This document shows positions 42,057-55,020 of a DNA stretch of 64,000 nucleotides, one piece after another. Origin of the DNA: Octopus vulgaris (taxonomy: Eukaryota). The DNA lies in contig OX597819.1 in NCBI GenBank assembly GCA_951406725.2, positions 44,206,001-44,270,000 on the forward strand, given 5' to 3'. The translations under genes were made by a program, and so were the position numbers. The notes beneath the pieces are model-generated. The model was not told the DNA's origin. It ran no database searches and saw only the letters and a list, made by a program, of their open reading frames with translations. Numbering within the stretch: the first letter of the stretch is position 1; each line of letters starts with the position of its first letter.

Positions 42057-42489
42057 ATTCAGCTCACAACGTTCATATTTCCCACAAATCCTATGCTGTT
42101 TCTGACGGTTCCAATATGGAGTGGAGCAACTGTGTTTATTCGCATGTGTGCGTTTATCATTTCCTGCGTGTGCATTTCATTGATTGGGAGTATGCATATT
42201 TCCCACAACCCCTTTGCAGTATCTGTCCTCACGCTTACGTTTAGGCTTCTGAATTGGTCTTCACAAGACCTCAATGAAATAGACGTTCGAACTTGTAAGC
42301 TGCTCGTTGTTACATGTAGCGTCAATATCAGCGGAGATGTAGACAGGCAATGATAATGGCTACGGTCTCAAGTCTGTATTGGTGTCATACGAAACGTATA
42401 ATGGCACTGAAGCAACATGTGCAGCAGAGGAAAGTGACTAGTAAATAAATTGCTCGAGTTCGCGCCCTTGAAATTGCGCCTGTGTATAT

Positions 42490-42571
<82 letters not shown>

Positions 42572-42628
42572 GTGCTGATTTGTATGCATACGTGTGTGCG
42601 TGTGTATGCGTTTGAGGGAGAGAGATAA

Positions 42629-42705
<77 letters not shown>

Positions 42706-43325
42706 GAGAGAAAAAGAGAGACTGAGAGAGAGAGAGAGAGAAAATAGACTGAGAGAGTGTGAGAGATAGCAAAAGAGAGAGTGAGAGAGGGAGAAAAGAG
42801 AGAGTGCGAGAGAGTGTGAGTGAGAAAAAGTGAGACTGAGAGAGAGAGGGGGAGAGAACAAAGAGCGACTGAGAGAGAGTGAGAGAGAGGGAAAAAGAGA
42901 GACTGGGAGAGAGAGAGAGAGGGAGAGAGAAAGTGAGAAAGAGAGAGAGAGAGAGATTATGAAGGTTTTAACTACGTACTTTCTTTGCTGACGATTTCAG
43001 AAAGATTGGGAAACGAACGTTAACCACGTTGATGCTAGCCATTGCAAAAAGAAAGTAGAAATGAGGTGACTGTAAGAATAAAAAAAAATGTTCATATAAA
43101 GTTTGAGCAAGTTTGTATTATGCAAGCGGATGAACTTCTCTGGGAGATATTGCTTACGATTGGGAACAGCTAGTTTTTTTTTTATTGGAAGAGGATTTAA
43201 GGCAAGGTACTTATCAGGGATTTAGTTTAAAGGCGTAGAGGAACCTGTGTGTATTTTTAAGGGTTGGATATATTTGTGTCGTTTAATTTTGAAACGTTAT
43301 ATATTTAAACTAATATATATATATA

Positions 43326-43547
43326 CCGGAGTAAACACATAAATGTAAAACAAGGTGGAAAAAAAGAGTACTCAAATACCAGGGCTAGAGTAATATGGTT
43401 TATTTAAAAGCAGCAGAAATTCAACAAAACCTGTTACTCGGAGTTTCACGTTCCCGTTCGTCGGACATTTTAACAAAACTGTCCGACGAACGGGAACGTG
43501 AAACTCCGAGTAACAGGTTTTGTTGAATTTCTGCTGCTTTAAATAAA
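43326..43547. mobile_element. Inverted pair of PLE-type terminal repeats forming a ~69-bp-arm palindrome
   Basis: 43399-43467 is the reverse complement of 43480-43547 (one indel). (TA)n lies on both flanks, and each arm holds a hammerhead core. Confidence 0.9.
43475..43521 (+). ncRNA. Type I hammerhead (U4C variant), with a mirror copy on the minus strand at ~43427-43471
   Basis: AAAACTGT-CCGACGA-ACG(GGAA)CGT-GAAA-CTCCGAG-TA-ACAG(G)TTTT. Predicted GUA cleavage after 43512. Confidence 0.8.
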
Positions 43548-43548
43548 G

Positions 43549-43639
<91 letters not shown>

Positions 43640-43666
43640 TTTCATATTCCGTTCTGGACTAGAAGG

Positions 43667-43880
43667 AGGAGCCTGGCTTAGTGGTTAGGGTATTGGACTC
43701 ATGATCGTAAGATTGTGGTTTCGATTCCGGGACTGGGCAACGCGTTGTGTTCTTGTGCGAAACACTTCATTTCACGTTGCTCCAGTCCACTCAGCTGGCA
43801 AGAATGAGTTATCCTGTGGTGGACCGGCGTCCGGGAAACCGGGAAACCGGAAATCAGCCCTTATAAGTCCATGATTCAGG
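43667..43880 (+). mobile_element. Family A SINE
   Basis: TGGCTTAGTGG A box, GGTTTCGATTCC B box, the family A core, and an (ACTTT)n-like tail. Confidence 0.85.
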
Positions 43881-44261
43881 AAGAAACTTTACTTTACTTA
43901 CTATACTTGACTAGTGAATCTTGCCGAAAGGGAAAGATAGGTATGGTTTCCGATGGATCTTTCACAAGACTGATCCTGTTTTGGTGAAGATAAAAATCTT
44001 GATTTGGAAGTGAAGAATATATCATTATATGCGCCAGTGACTGAAGGTCTGCTTTGTAAAATATTTTTAATGAGTATCTGTTTGCAGAAAGTGATAAATT
44101 AAGTAACTGGTGTTAGTTGAACGGAGCTCACTGAAAATTCTGCTTCACACAAACCTACATGTGTGCAGTAGTGGAGAACGTATTAAAGGTGCCCTGGTGT
44201 CAGTGCTCTTGTAGTAGATAGCTTTGAATGCAATATAACCATCGAAAGAGAAGGTGGCAGT

Positions 44262-44293
<32 letters not shown>

Positions 44294-45769
44294 CGAGGAG
44301 GAGGAGAGAGAGACAGAGAGAAAGTAAGAGAAGGAAGAGATAATAAAGACAGACAACAAGAGGAATAGGATACTAAAGAAGAACAAAAGGGAAAAATAGT
44401 GAAGAAGAGAAAAAGATTAATGATGTAGGAAATTATGAAATGATATCTAGAAACGCAACTCTGCCATTATAGATACAATAGTCAATAAACAAAGCAAGGT
44501 TTAAGGCAATTAAATAACAATTGTTGATTTTTCACTATACTAAAAGCACTTATTTGATGAGAGACGAAAGTGCTGCCTGCTAGTAAGTCTATAGCATTCC
44601 ATTCATCTCTGTGCAATGAGATAAAAGATGATGGGATAGAGTGGATAGAGGGGAAGTTTCGAAGTGTGGGGGTAATATGTAAATTTAAACCTGGAAGTTA
44701 GGAAAATCTGTCTAGAACAGCAATCAGATCATTGTGGATATGATAGCTGGCCGATACATAGAGCAAAGATTAGGGCAATGTGGTTATTGTATGGGAAAAA
44801 GATCTGAGCAGGATTACACAGAATGTGGGGGTAATGAGAAATATTGATCTCAATTTGGAAAAAAGAAGACTTTCCCAAGTGTATTAAACAAGTTAGAGTA
44901 AATACTTGTAAATGAGATTCGAGATCAGATCCATGTTAAAGTTGCCCAAAGTGGAGCGTAAGTAACTGATTCAACAGAATTGATTTGTAAGGCTAAGGAA
45001 ATTATAGGAAGATGTTTATGTTTCTTCTCAAAAGCATTATTAATTATTAGCAACGAAAGTGGAGAGGTTCTAAGCAGAAATAAAAATCGGATCACTGTTA
45101 TAAATTTCGGTTGCTTTAAATAATATCGGCGAGGACGCGATCGACGATTAACTCGACCCAAGTATAATTCTGCTGCTTATTATATGAATATCAGAGATAA
45201 AACAAAATACAAAATAAAACAAAACGGTTAGAGTCAGAGGCGTGTCGACGAAAATAAACATATTCCAGCCTTGAAGTATGTAAAGTCATCTACATCATGC
45301 AAAAGTTCGAACTAATAAACGTTTCTTCTGATTAATCAGAGACACTTTATATATCAGGTAAAAGCATAATGGCAAGAAAAACGTTTATATAATTTCTCAG
45401 TGTATTGAAGAAAATAAAAATTTCGACCAGGAATCGACCTGGTGCCACCACCTGCGATTTTCAGTAACGGTTTTCTTATTTTATGAAGCTCGCCAAAAAG
45501 ATGTACTGAATATTAATTCTTACTTAAAAGAAAAGACCAAGTATGATTTCTTTCTAAGGGTGAATATCCTATGTTCCACAAAAGAAAGACTGATTGTCAC
45601 AGCAGGAACATCGTTAATCGTAGATCTATGACCAGCACTGACCTCAGACTAAATAACAATAAATATGATTTAATAATTTAATCGATCTCACCTATTTTTC
45701 TGCATCGATATCTCATCGTTTTAACGACATTCCAGATGTTATCAGCAGGATATCGTTTTTCCTTATCTC

Positions 45770-45965
45770 TTATCTTTAACTTTTTAGATTGCGGCCATGC
45801 TGGGGCACTACTTTGAAAAATTTTTAGTCGAATGTTTTGACTCCAGTAGCTATTTTTTAAAAGCTTGGTATCTATTTTATCGGCCCTTTTGCCAAACCGC
45901 TTAGTTACAGGGACCTAAACACACCGGGACTGGCTGTCAAGCGATAATTGGGGAACAGAACAAAC
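45770..45965 (-). mobile_element. SINE family B, 3' part
   Basis: 'gcggccatgctggggcac...tttgccaaaccgcttagttacagggac'. Confidence 0.7.
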
Positions 45966-46829
45966 AGCGTCCATCTACATTAGGATTAAGAGTGATTAAC
46001 ATTTTTTTCCCTTTTCTGCATGTCATTTGCATTTCATTTGAATATTTACTCCTTATTCTTTCTTTTGCGGGTTTTTCAGCGCTTAGAGTATTGACATGCA
46101 AACCCCATATGCACCCATTGAGGATTATCATCTAAACCACTCATGGACAAACTGCAGCTCACGAGACTAGCTGAAATGACATGCCTAACCAACAATTACC
46201 TTGTATTTTCTTAGTTGCTTCGGCTCGCCTCATAATGAACCATATCTCATACAGCCCGCTTCTAGAGAAAGGTTGACTTGATCTAAACACTGAATATGGA
46301 CTAAGTGCTAGGAATCAGAACGTTCACACATGTCACTGGTTCATGCTTTCAACAGTTACAGAGTCACATGTCCTCCGGGTGGCCATTTCAAAGTTATCGT
46401 TTGAGTGTAAAATTCCCGAAGGTTAAATCTTCAGGATTTCACCGCACCTATCTGTCATTGGTCTGTGCGACAAGAGACAACCTAGGGCTGAACATCAACG
46501 AAAATAACTTAAGACGGCAATATTTAGACATAAAACGAAACACGGGTTAACGTTACCGTAAATTCGATATTCTACTAAGATTACCATTTCGACCGATCTA
46601 AATTAAGATGGCGACCAACATGTGGAAATTTTAAATTCTTTAAAGACTCTGTTATTGGGCTGTATATATCTGCGCACGCGCATGTATATTATAGTTTTAT
46701 AGATAAACTTTTTATATGATATTGCAAGGGAATTTTATTTTTCAAAATGCATCATGTATCGCTTAAATATTTCCGCATACCGCTACTGACAGGCATGTCA
46801 TTGGTTCGCCATATTTAATTTAATACTTA

Positions 46830-47033
46830 TATTTTATGTTTTGCATGTTTCGGTGTAGAGCTGCGGTCATGCTGGAGCACTGCTTTGAAGGGTTTAGTGG
46901 CACAAACTGACCCCAGTACATTTTTTTGAAAAGACGGCTACTTATTCTCTCGGTGTCTTTTGCCGAACTACTAAGTTACGAGTACTTAAGTAAACTAACG
47001 CTGGTTGTTAACTGATAGGGGGAAAACAAAGAC

Positions 47034-47078
<45 letters not shown>

Positions 47079-47230
47079 CGCACATACGACTGGGTTCCAC
47101 ACTGTTTCCATCTCCCAGATTCACTAACACGGCATTGCTAGACCTGGAGCTATAGTAAAAGACACTTGCCCAAATTGCCGTGCGGTGGCACTGAACCCGG
47201 AACCACTTGCTTGCAAAGCGAGCTTCGTAG
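46830..47230 (-). mobile_element. SINE family B (diverged)
   Basis: 'gcggtcatgctggagcac...(CA)n...gacacttgcccaa...gaacccggaaccac'. Confidence 0.75.
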
Positions 47231-48024
47231 ACAAGGACTTTTGAAAAGATGGAGTTAAGAGTGTTTAATAACCATTGGATTAATAGCAGTCGTTAATGAT
47301 TCGATCCAACTTCGCGGCACTTTGAACAAGCATGTTCTAAAGTAGACAGGGGTTGATCCAAACTTTTTGAATGAAGAAAATTATAGACTCAAACTGTGTA
47401 GATGTCCAACTGATGAACTGTAATCGTACTTCGAAATATTCACCCTTATGAGACATAGCTGCATGATAATTCTACCTGACGATTATGTTGTGGTTACAAG
47501 TACATGCGGAATGTTCAGCCACTGATGCTCTATTTCAGTGAATAGGCAATTCGGTTGATCGAACAACTAGGGCTCTCTGCCATCAAATCTAATGTGATAT
47601 CTATACATTTTGCCACTAGCTAATCATTTTACCGATCCCGAATAATGGAGTTTCAGATCTGATTTTGACAAGAAGGCTTCCGCTAAACAGTAAAAAAAAA
47701 TAATAATCTGAGCAAAAGAATAGCCTAAAATGGCTGCCTCGAGATTTGACCATCTTGTACATATATGTTATTATTAGAATTATTATTGTTGTTGTTATTG
47801 TTAGCGTTACTTTCCATTCTTCTTTGCTACATTATTACTATTATTGCTTCAATACATATTTTTCTTAATACATATTTCAAGACCTTTGTGCAAATCCATC
47901 TCTCTTATTGTATTTCATATTGTCTTTTGTTTGTTCATATAGATTTGTTATATATCTTTACAGCGTTCATTTATTCGCTGTCTGTCTGTGTGTCTGTTTG
48001 ACTCTATCTCTCTTCCTTTCATAT

Positions 48025-49015
48025 TTACTCACTGACTCACTGACTCACTCACCCACTGACTGACTCACTGACTCACTGACTCACTCACTGACTCACTCAC
48101 TGACTGACTCACTCACTCACTCACTCACTCACACACTCACTCGCTCACTCAGTCAATCATTCATCCATTCCTTCACTCCTCCACTCAATCCCCCATTCAT
48201 CTATTTATTCACTCACTCATTCAGTCACTCACTCTCATTCATTCATTCACTCGTTTACTCATTCACTTATTCATCCGTTTATTCACTCATTCTCACTCAT
48301 TCAATCACTCATTGAATCACTCTCACTTATTCATTAACTCATTCAATCACTCTTGTTCACAGACTGACTGACTGGCTCACTCACTCACTCACTCATTCAT
48401 TCATTCATTCGCTCATTCATTCATTCATCCACTCAATCCATCATTCATCCATTTATTCATCCTCTCATTCTCTCACTCAATCTCATTCATACATTCACTC
48501 ATTTACTCACTCGTTCATTCATTCACTCATTCATCCATTTATTCACTCACATAATCACTCACTCATTCACTCATCCACTCGTTCACTCACTCACCCACCC
48601 ACTCACCACTCACTCACTCACTCACCCACCCACTCACCCACCCACTCACTCACTCACTCACTCACTCATTCATTTACTTACTCACCCACTCATTCACTCA
48701 CTTACTCACTCACTCGCTCACTCATCCACTCGTTCACTCATTCGTTCACTTACTCACTCACTCACCTACCCACTCACCCACTCACTCACTCACCCACTCA
48801 CCCACTCACCCACCCACTCACTCACCCACCCACTCATCCACTCACTTACTCACCCACTCACTCACTCACTCACCCACTCACCCACTCACTCACTCACCCA
48901 CTCATTCGCTCACTCACTCACTCACTCACTCACCCATTCACTCACTCACCCACTCACTCACCCACTCACTCACTCACTCACTCACGCACTCGCTTACACA
49001 TTCACACATATTCAC
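48025..49015. repeat. ~1 kb degenerate (ACTC)/(ATTC)/(ACCC)n tetranucleotide tract
   Basis: Directly visible. Confidence 0.95.
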
Positions 49016-49104
49016 TCTGTTTCTTTTATGTTTAAATACTTTCTACCTCTAATTCGATGCCAGTGGTGCTGTCTGTAAACCCACTAAATGTTTTGTTACG
49101 GGAA

Positions 49105-50160
49105 AGTTATTTGAGGTTGTCGATTCGTTCGTCTACCTTGGAAGCTCTGTTCAAAATGATGGAAATGTTGATACAGAAATACACCTGCGAATTCAAAGGG
49201 CAGCAAAAGCATTTGGTGGCTTGGAGTCATGCGTTTGGTGCCAGCGACATAAATAAGAATACAAAGCTGGCTCTTTACAAATTATTTCTCTTACCATCCC
49301 TGTTGTATTCCTGTGAAACTTAGACTTCTAATGAAAAGCATTTTGAATTGTTAGAACAATTCCAACAAAAATGTCTTCATCGCATTTAAAAAATTAAATG
49401 GAGTTATTTTACGCCAAACAGAGATGTCCTTGCATCTGCAGGTATCACCTCCATTAAAGATATGATTTTGAGGAACCAATTGAGATGGTGTGGCCATATT
49501 GTTCGAATGGCAGATGAACGCATGCCGAAACAGTTGTTTTATGGTGAGCTTGCAGAGGGGAAACGCTATCGGCGTAAACCTAAAAAAAGGGTTTAAGGAT
49601 GGCATAAGGACTATTATGAAGTCACTTGAAATGGTTCCAGAAGATATAGAAACCATTGCTTCGGATCGAGTTGGATGGCGAACAAAAGAGTGGAGTGGAG
49701 TGAAATCATATGAAGAGGCCAGGATAACACAAGGAAGACTCAAAAGAAATCTAAGGAAGAATGTAACGATCGAGAAGGTGAATGACAATGACCTTTTTGT
49801 GTGCAGTCTGTGGCAGAACATGCCTGTCTTTGGCAGACCTCAAATCTCATCCGCGAATGTATGGAAAACGAACCTCCACCAACTATTCAGACTATATGTC
49901 TGTGAACATATTTGAATGCAGTGTATTCCAGAAGGTTTGCAAATCCAACGGAGGCCACAGAAGACAAGTTAAGATCTGCAAAGAGCAGAACTTATCTGAC
50001 GGTATTGGCAGGTCCAAATTAGAGGTGCAATCTATGTGGGTGTCTTTTCAGAACATTGACTGGTTTAAAAAGCCACATCAGACGCCATGATGGTTCTAAG
50101 GTGTAGGTACAGGATGTGGTCAAGCTCTGTATAGGGAGTGGGCAACGACCATGTATGTAT
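49105..50160 (+). pseudogene. 5'-truncated RTE-clade LINE (ORF2 C-terminus with C2H2-like fingers, (ATGT)n tail)
   Basis: YLGSSVQNDGNVDTEIHLRIQRAAKAFG, TKLALYK..LLPSLLYSCET, NQLRWCGHIVRMADERMPKQLFYGEL, RFKD-like region, CAVCGRTCLSLADLKSH. Multiple stops and frameshifts. Confidence 0.9.
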
Positions 50161-51047
50161 GTCGTGTAAATACACATACAAAAACAGAAACACGCACATG
50201 CACATATATATGTTGTAAATATCGTGATGAGATGCTGTTTATTTCCTGTACATAAATCTAATAATCAAACACAGAAAGTCTTATAGAGTATCTTATATCA
50301 ATATATGGTGGCTATAGATATTTCCGTACGACGATTTTATGCTAGTATCAAGAAATTTAGATACAGCGTTAGCGTATAGTCATTGTCCTTTGAACGTAGT
50401 TCATGGAATGTAAGACAAAATGACACTTGATTTCACTAAGCTTTTATACCGCTCAAAAAATGAAGTAGCAGATATTTCCCCCTGTCGCTGCAAGTTGAAG
50501 TTAGTTCCTTTGTTTTGCTTCTCTGTTCATTGCGTTGACAGTTTAGGATATGAAGTTTCTCAGTTAAACTTATATTGCATGGTGTTTGGCAGATTACTGA
50601 AAAGATTGGTACTAACAACGATAGATCATGCAGAATCACCATTATTTTTCTAATTGTAATTCAAGATAGAAGTAATGCATTTTTTTGTGTGACGAGTGTG
50701 AAAGGAATTTAGTATTTATAAGACTTTACCTTTCATCCTTTCGGAGTCGGTAATATAAGTAACAGTCGAGTACTGGGGTTGATGTATTGGATTATCCCCC
50801 CGCTCCAAAATTGCACGCCTTGTGCCTATAGTAGAAAGGATTATTATGGCTATTATATGGTAAAACGTGATTTGAGGGAAATTTAGCTTCACTTACCAGT
50901 AAGTTGAGTGACTGCGCTGCAGTTCTCTCCTTGGTACCTGGACAAATCTGCGTGTATTAGGTTTAATCTATGACGGTGACGAAACCCAATGTTAAAGTCT
51001 AGGGTTATAATTTGCATTATTTAGCAATTATTTAATTGTTTGTATAA

Positions 51048-51286
51048 CCCTTTCACTGCCAAATTAAATTTCATGGTTATTCCAATAATGATGCTAAATA
51101 TTTACCAAAAACAGAAATGTTATTTTCTGCAAGTCAGTTGCCTTAATACATTTGACATATCTTTACAGAATTTTATTTCAAACATGACATTCCTCAACAA
51201 CAGGTAGATTGAAGTATAAAACTGTTTTTCGTGATTAAGGATAAAGAAATTTTGGGTGCATACATCTGCTTTCTGCAGTAAAAGGG
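51048..51286. mobile_element. piggyBac-like MITE
   Basis: TIRs CCCTTTCACTGC / GCAGTAAAAGGG (11 of 12 match), flanked by ATAA and TTAT (degenerate TTAA). Confidence 0.5.
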
Positions 51287-52020
51287 TTATGTCGTAAATA
51301 TTTTTGCTCCAGATCTCTTGTTACCCTTTAACGACTTCACCTTGTTTTCTTTCATCTATTGTAATCGCCACAATGTATTACGACAAAATCTTTATCTCCA
51401 TACCTATAACTCTCGGGAATTTAATCAGTGCCATCATTTCTCAACAGTTCTTACTTAACCTGCAGAAATTGAGACTAAACATCAATCACACGAGCCTCAG
51501 CAATCTAGACGAACCTCCATAATTCATGAGGATATCTTACCAAAACCCTTAGAAGACAAATGCGATGATAATCTCAATATACTTGGCGCACGTAAATAGA
51601 TTATTAAAAAGTAATACTGTCTAACTTCTTGTGTAAGTACTTAGTTATTCCATGTTGCAGTAATACAAAAAGTTATTCTTTTAAGACTTCTACTATCCTT
51701 CGTAGAACATTTTCCGTATGATAATTCCATCTAATTTTATACATATTTTGCTTTATCAATTTGTATTTTTTCCCATAGAGAACATGTCATATGCTAACCA
51801 TAACTTCAAATATTCTATGTCATCGGATAATGACACGGCAAGAAATGAATACAAACAACGAATGGAATTGAATACAAAATAATGTTTTACGTGTTAGAAC
51901 TGCGTAATTTTTCTGCGAGCACGTCCGTACACGTACACATACACGATGGCGCACGCACATTTAATTTGGAGCTCTGTATATGTATGCATGGGTGCATACA
52001 TACATACATACATACATACA

Positions 52021-52097
<77 letters not shown>

Positions 52098-52128
52098 TTT
52101 ATGTCAGATTACTCTTAGTGCTACTAGT

Positions 52129-52335
52129 AACAATATAATCCAATGTAGTCTGTCGCATTGTCAGACCACTACCGATTAAAACAGCAACTGCTTGGTAAGG
52201 AAGATGGTTTTCGTTCGACACTCTGCAGGACGGAAAAAAACCTGTCAAAAGGTGAATGAACTCAGCCGATCCACAGTTAGGAATGAGACACCCTTAGTCA
52301 TCTCCCTAGGCGAAGAAAGTCTTTGATGTTACACT
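52129..52335 (+). mobile_element. Diverged copy of the HDV-like-ribozyme-headed short element
   Basis: Aligns with the reverse complement of 17906-17611, e.g. 'tgcttggtaaggaag..gacactctgc..aaaacctgtcaaaagg' versus 'tgcttggtgaggagg..gacaccctgc..aaaacccgtcaaaggg'. AACAAT (52129-52134) pairs with ATTGTC (52157-52162). Confidence 0.6.
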
Positions 52336-52378
52336 TGCGACTTTTCATGCAATGATGTAGACAATTGTATGCGTATAT

Positions 52379-52423
<45 letters not shown>

Positions 52424-52431
52424 TGTATGTA

Positions 52432-52860
52432 AGAGATAAGGAATTATGTACATTATTTACATTTGACGGATATTTGTTCTCATTTTGTTTGTTGTTAACA
52501 TAACATTTCGGCTGATATACCCTCCAGCCTTCTTCAGGTGTCTTGGGAAAATTTCGAACCTGGATTCTCAGTCCTAAGGAATTTTTCGATGTTGTTATTA
52601 TTATTCAGGCCACTGCTTGGAATCGAACTCGGAATCTTGGGGCCAGTAACCCGCTCTTAACTACGCCATATGCCCGTGGGCAATTATGGAGTGAATTTTA
52701 GGGCTTATAAATCTAATATTTCCCTATCCTTCCTGGATACCGGTTCCCATATGCTACTCATATCTGCACTCGGTCTGCTTAGGAGGTTGTTGTGTCCTAG
52801 CATAGGTGCTGCTTCTTTTAGTTTTCGCATTTTGCAGTGGTGTTCTCTATCTATTATTTT
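52432..52860 (-). mobile_element. 3' end of a Poseidon/Penelope-type PLE: GIY-YIG tail, tRNA-like module, hammerhead pLTR
   Basis: 52860-52705 encodes KIIDREHHCKMRKLKEAAPMLGHNNLLSRPSADMSSIWEPVSRKDREILDL*, matching the PLE endonuclease end 'I.D.E....R..KEA......L.R.....IW.P'. The tRNA-like module is at 52676-52608 and the hammerhead at 52541-52498. Confidence 0.8.
52498..52541 (-). ncRNA. Minimal type I hammerhead (slightly decayed)
   Basis: Reverse complement ACAC-CTGAAGA-a-GGCTG(gagggtatat)CAGCC-GAAA-tg-TT-ATGT. Confidence 0.7.
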
Positions 52861-53587
52861 TTACGTGCATATACGTATACATGTCTATGTGCGAATGTAT
52901 ATGTGTGTATATGTATGTGTATCACTGTTGATCTGTATTCGGCCGAATACATATGTGTTACGAGTCTCACCTGGGGTTACAAAACGCAATGAACAACCAG
53001 AGCACCATTTGCAGAGGGCCGGACAAAATGATTCACGGTATTTGTTCCGGATCTCTTCGCTCATATTTCAAATTCTCTCTGAGATCAATTTAAAATTTTA
53101 CCCTTTTGGGGTTGCTTCAAAAATATTAGTTCCATGACACGCGAAGGACTGGCAAGTTTGCAAAGACCTCGAACCGAATGCTTTGCGGTGGTAGTTCCAG
53201 CTCTTTGCGCTTTGAGTGCAAATCTCACCAGAGTCTGAAAGGGAGTAGACGGGAACCGTCACTCACTTTAAGACCGCACGATACAGTTGGTACTATTATT
53301 GGAGGCTACTATGTTGTGATTATTCAGGTAAAAATTCTGATTTAAGGACACAGGCCTCCAATCTTCCACTTGTCTAGGAGGCTCTGTAACGGGTCAGGGA
53401 TGTTGCCCTTTTTTCTGACAAAAAGTAAGAAAAGAAAGCACAATGCTGATGGCCAGTGATCCATATATCCTTAGTTGTTCATCCAGTATGCTTATGTGCC
53501 GTCGGTGTATGTTCAATCAGATCTGACCCAGTGTTAAGAAAATGGAACAAAAACAAAAACAAAAAAACAAACAAACAACATATGACA

Positions 53588-53632
<45 letters not shown>

Positions 53633-54049
53633 GAAGAAACCCCACAAAACACACACTCGCATTCATACACGTATGCACATACATTCACAAAACAACAATG
53701 AACGATATAATGTATTTCGTTTATGAAAAAAAAAAAAAAAAAAAATTTAAAAAAAGATGGTGAGATAAAAATCACACTGCATCTTGTAGATATATTTTTC
53801 CATAAATAAATGGATAAGAAATTAAGTAACGACAGGAAGAGTTAGAATGGTAAGGAGAGGAAGGATGGTGGTGGTGGTGAAAATATGTTTTATTAAACTC
53901 AATATATCATTCCATTAAGAGGTAAAAAGAAAAATATATGTGGAACGATACATACAAACGAAAAAGGAAAGAAGGAAACAAAAATCATGTAAATTTAAAT
54001 TGTGTGATATCAAACAATTTAGTTTTCTAAACAGCAACAAATTTGATAA

Positions 54050-54109
54050 GGATGATGATAGTAATGATAACAGAGTAGTGTTAGTAGTAGCAGCAACAGC
54101 AGCAGCAGC

Positions 54110-54141
<32 letters not shown>

Positions 54142-54580
54142 CAGCAACAGCAACAGTGCCAGTGAAATTAATATCGTTGTTATCGTTAATATTATTATAA
54201 TTTGACTAGACCGAGACGATGATGATGATGATGATGATGACGACGACAACGACGACGGTGGTGATGGTGATATTGATGGGGGAGATGATGATGATAGAAA
54301 TGATGATGTTGATGATGATGGTGGTGGTGGTTCTGGTGGTGGTAGTGGTGGTGGTGGTGGTGGTGGTGGTGGTGGTGGTGGTGGTGGTGGTGAAGATGAT
54401 GATGATGATGGTGAACATCGTGATGATGATGATGATGGTGAAGATGATGATGATGATGATGATGAAGATGATGATGATGATGACTACAACGACGACGACG
54501 ATGTTGGTGATGATGATGACGATGATGATGAAGGGGATGAGGGTGAAGATGATTATGATGATGATGATGATAATAATACT

Positions 54581-54611
<31 letters not shown>

Positions 54612-55020
54612 TCAATGATAACGATGAAGATATATTAATGCTAAGAGCCAAAATTTATAATAAAATAATGATGATGATTATAATAATAATAATAACATTA
54701 ATAATAATAATATTATATCGCCATCTTTATTATCAACAAAAGTAACAATAAATATTATTATTATTATTATTATTGTTGTTGTTGTTATTATTATTGTTAA
54801 TAATAATATTATTATCATCATTATCGTTATTATCATTATTATACACATTAAAATAATTTTCAAAAATAATAAAAGCGAAAATAATAGCTATAATAACAAG
54901 AACAACAACAATAACAATAATAGTAAAATAATAATAATAATGATGATGATAATGATAATAGCAATAATAATGACAACAGTAGTAGTAGTAGTAGTAGCAG
55001 CAGCAGTAGTAGTAGTGGTA
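54050..55020. repeat. Compound trinucleotide block (AGT, GAT, GGT, AAT)
   Basis: Directly visible. Confidence 0.95.

Noticed and set aside
44400-45070. Purine-rich stretch resembling a decayed LINE coding region
   Set aside because: No recognisable motif could be read in any frame.
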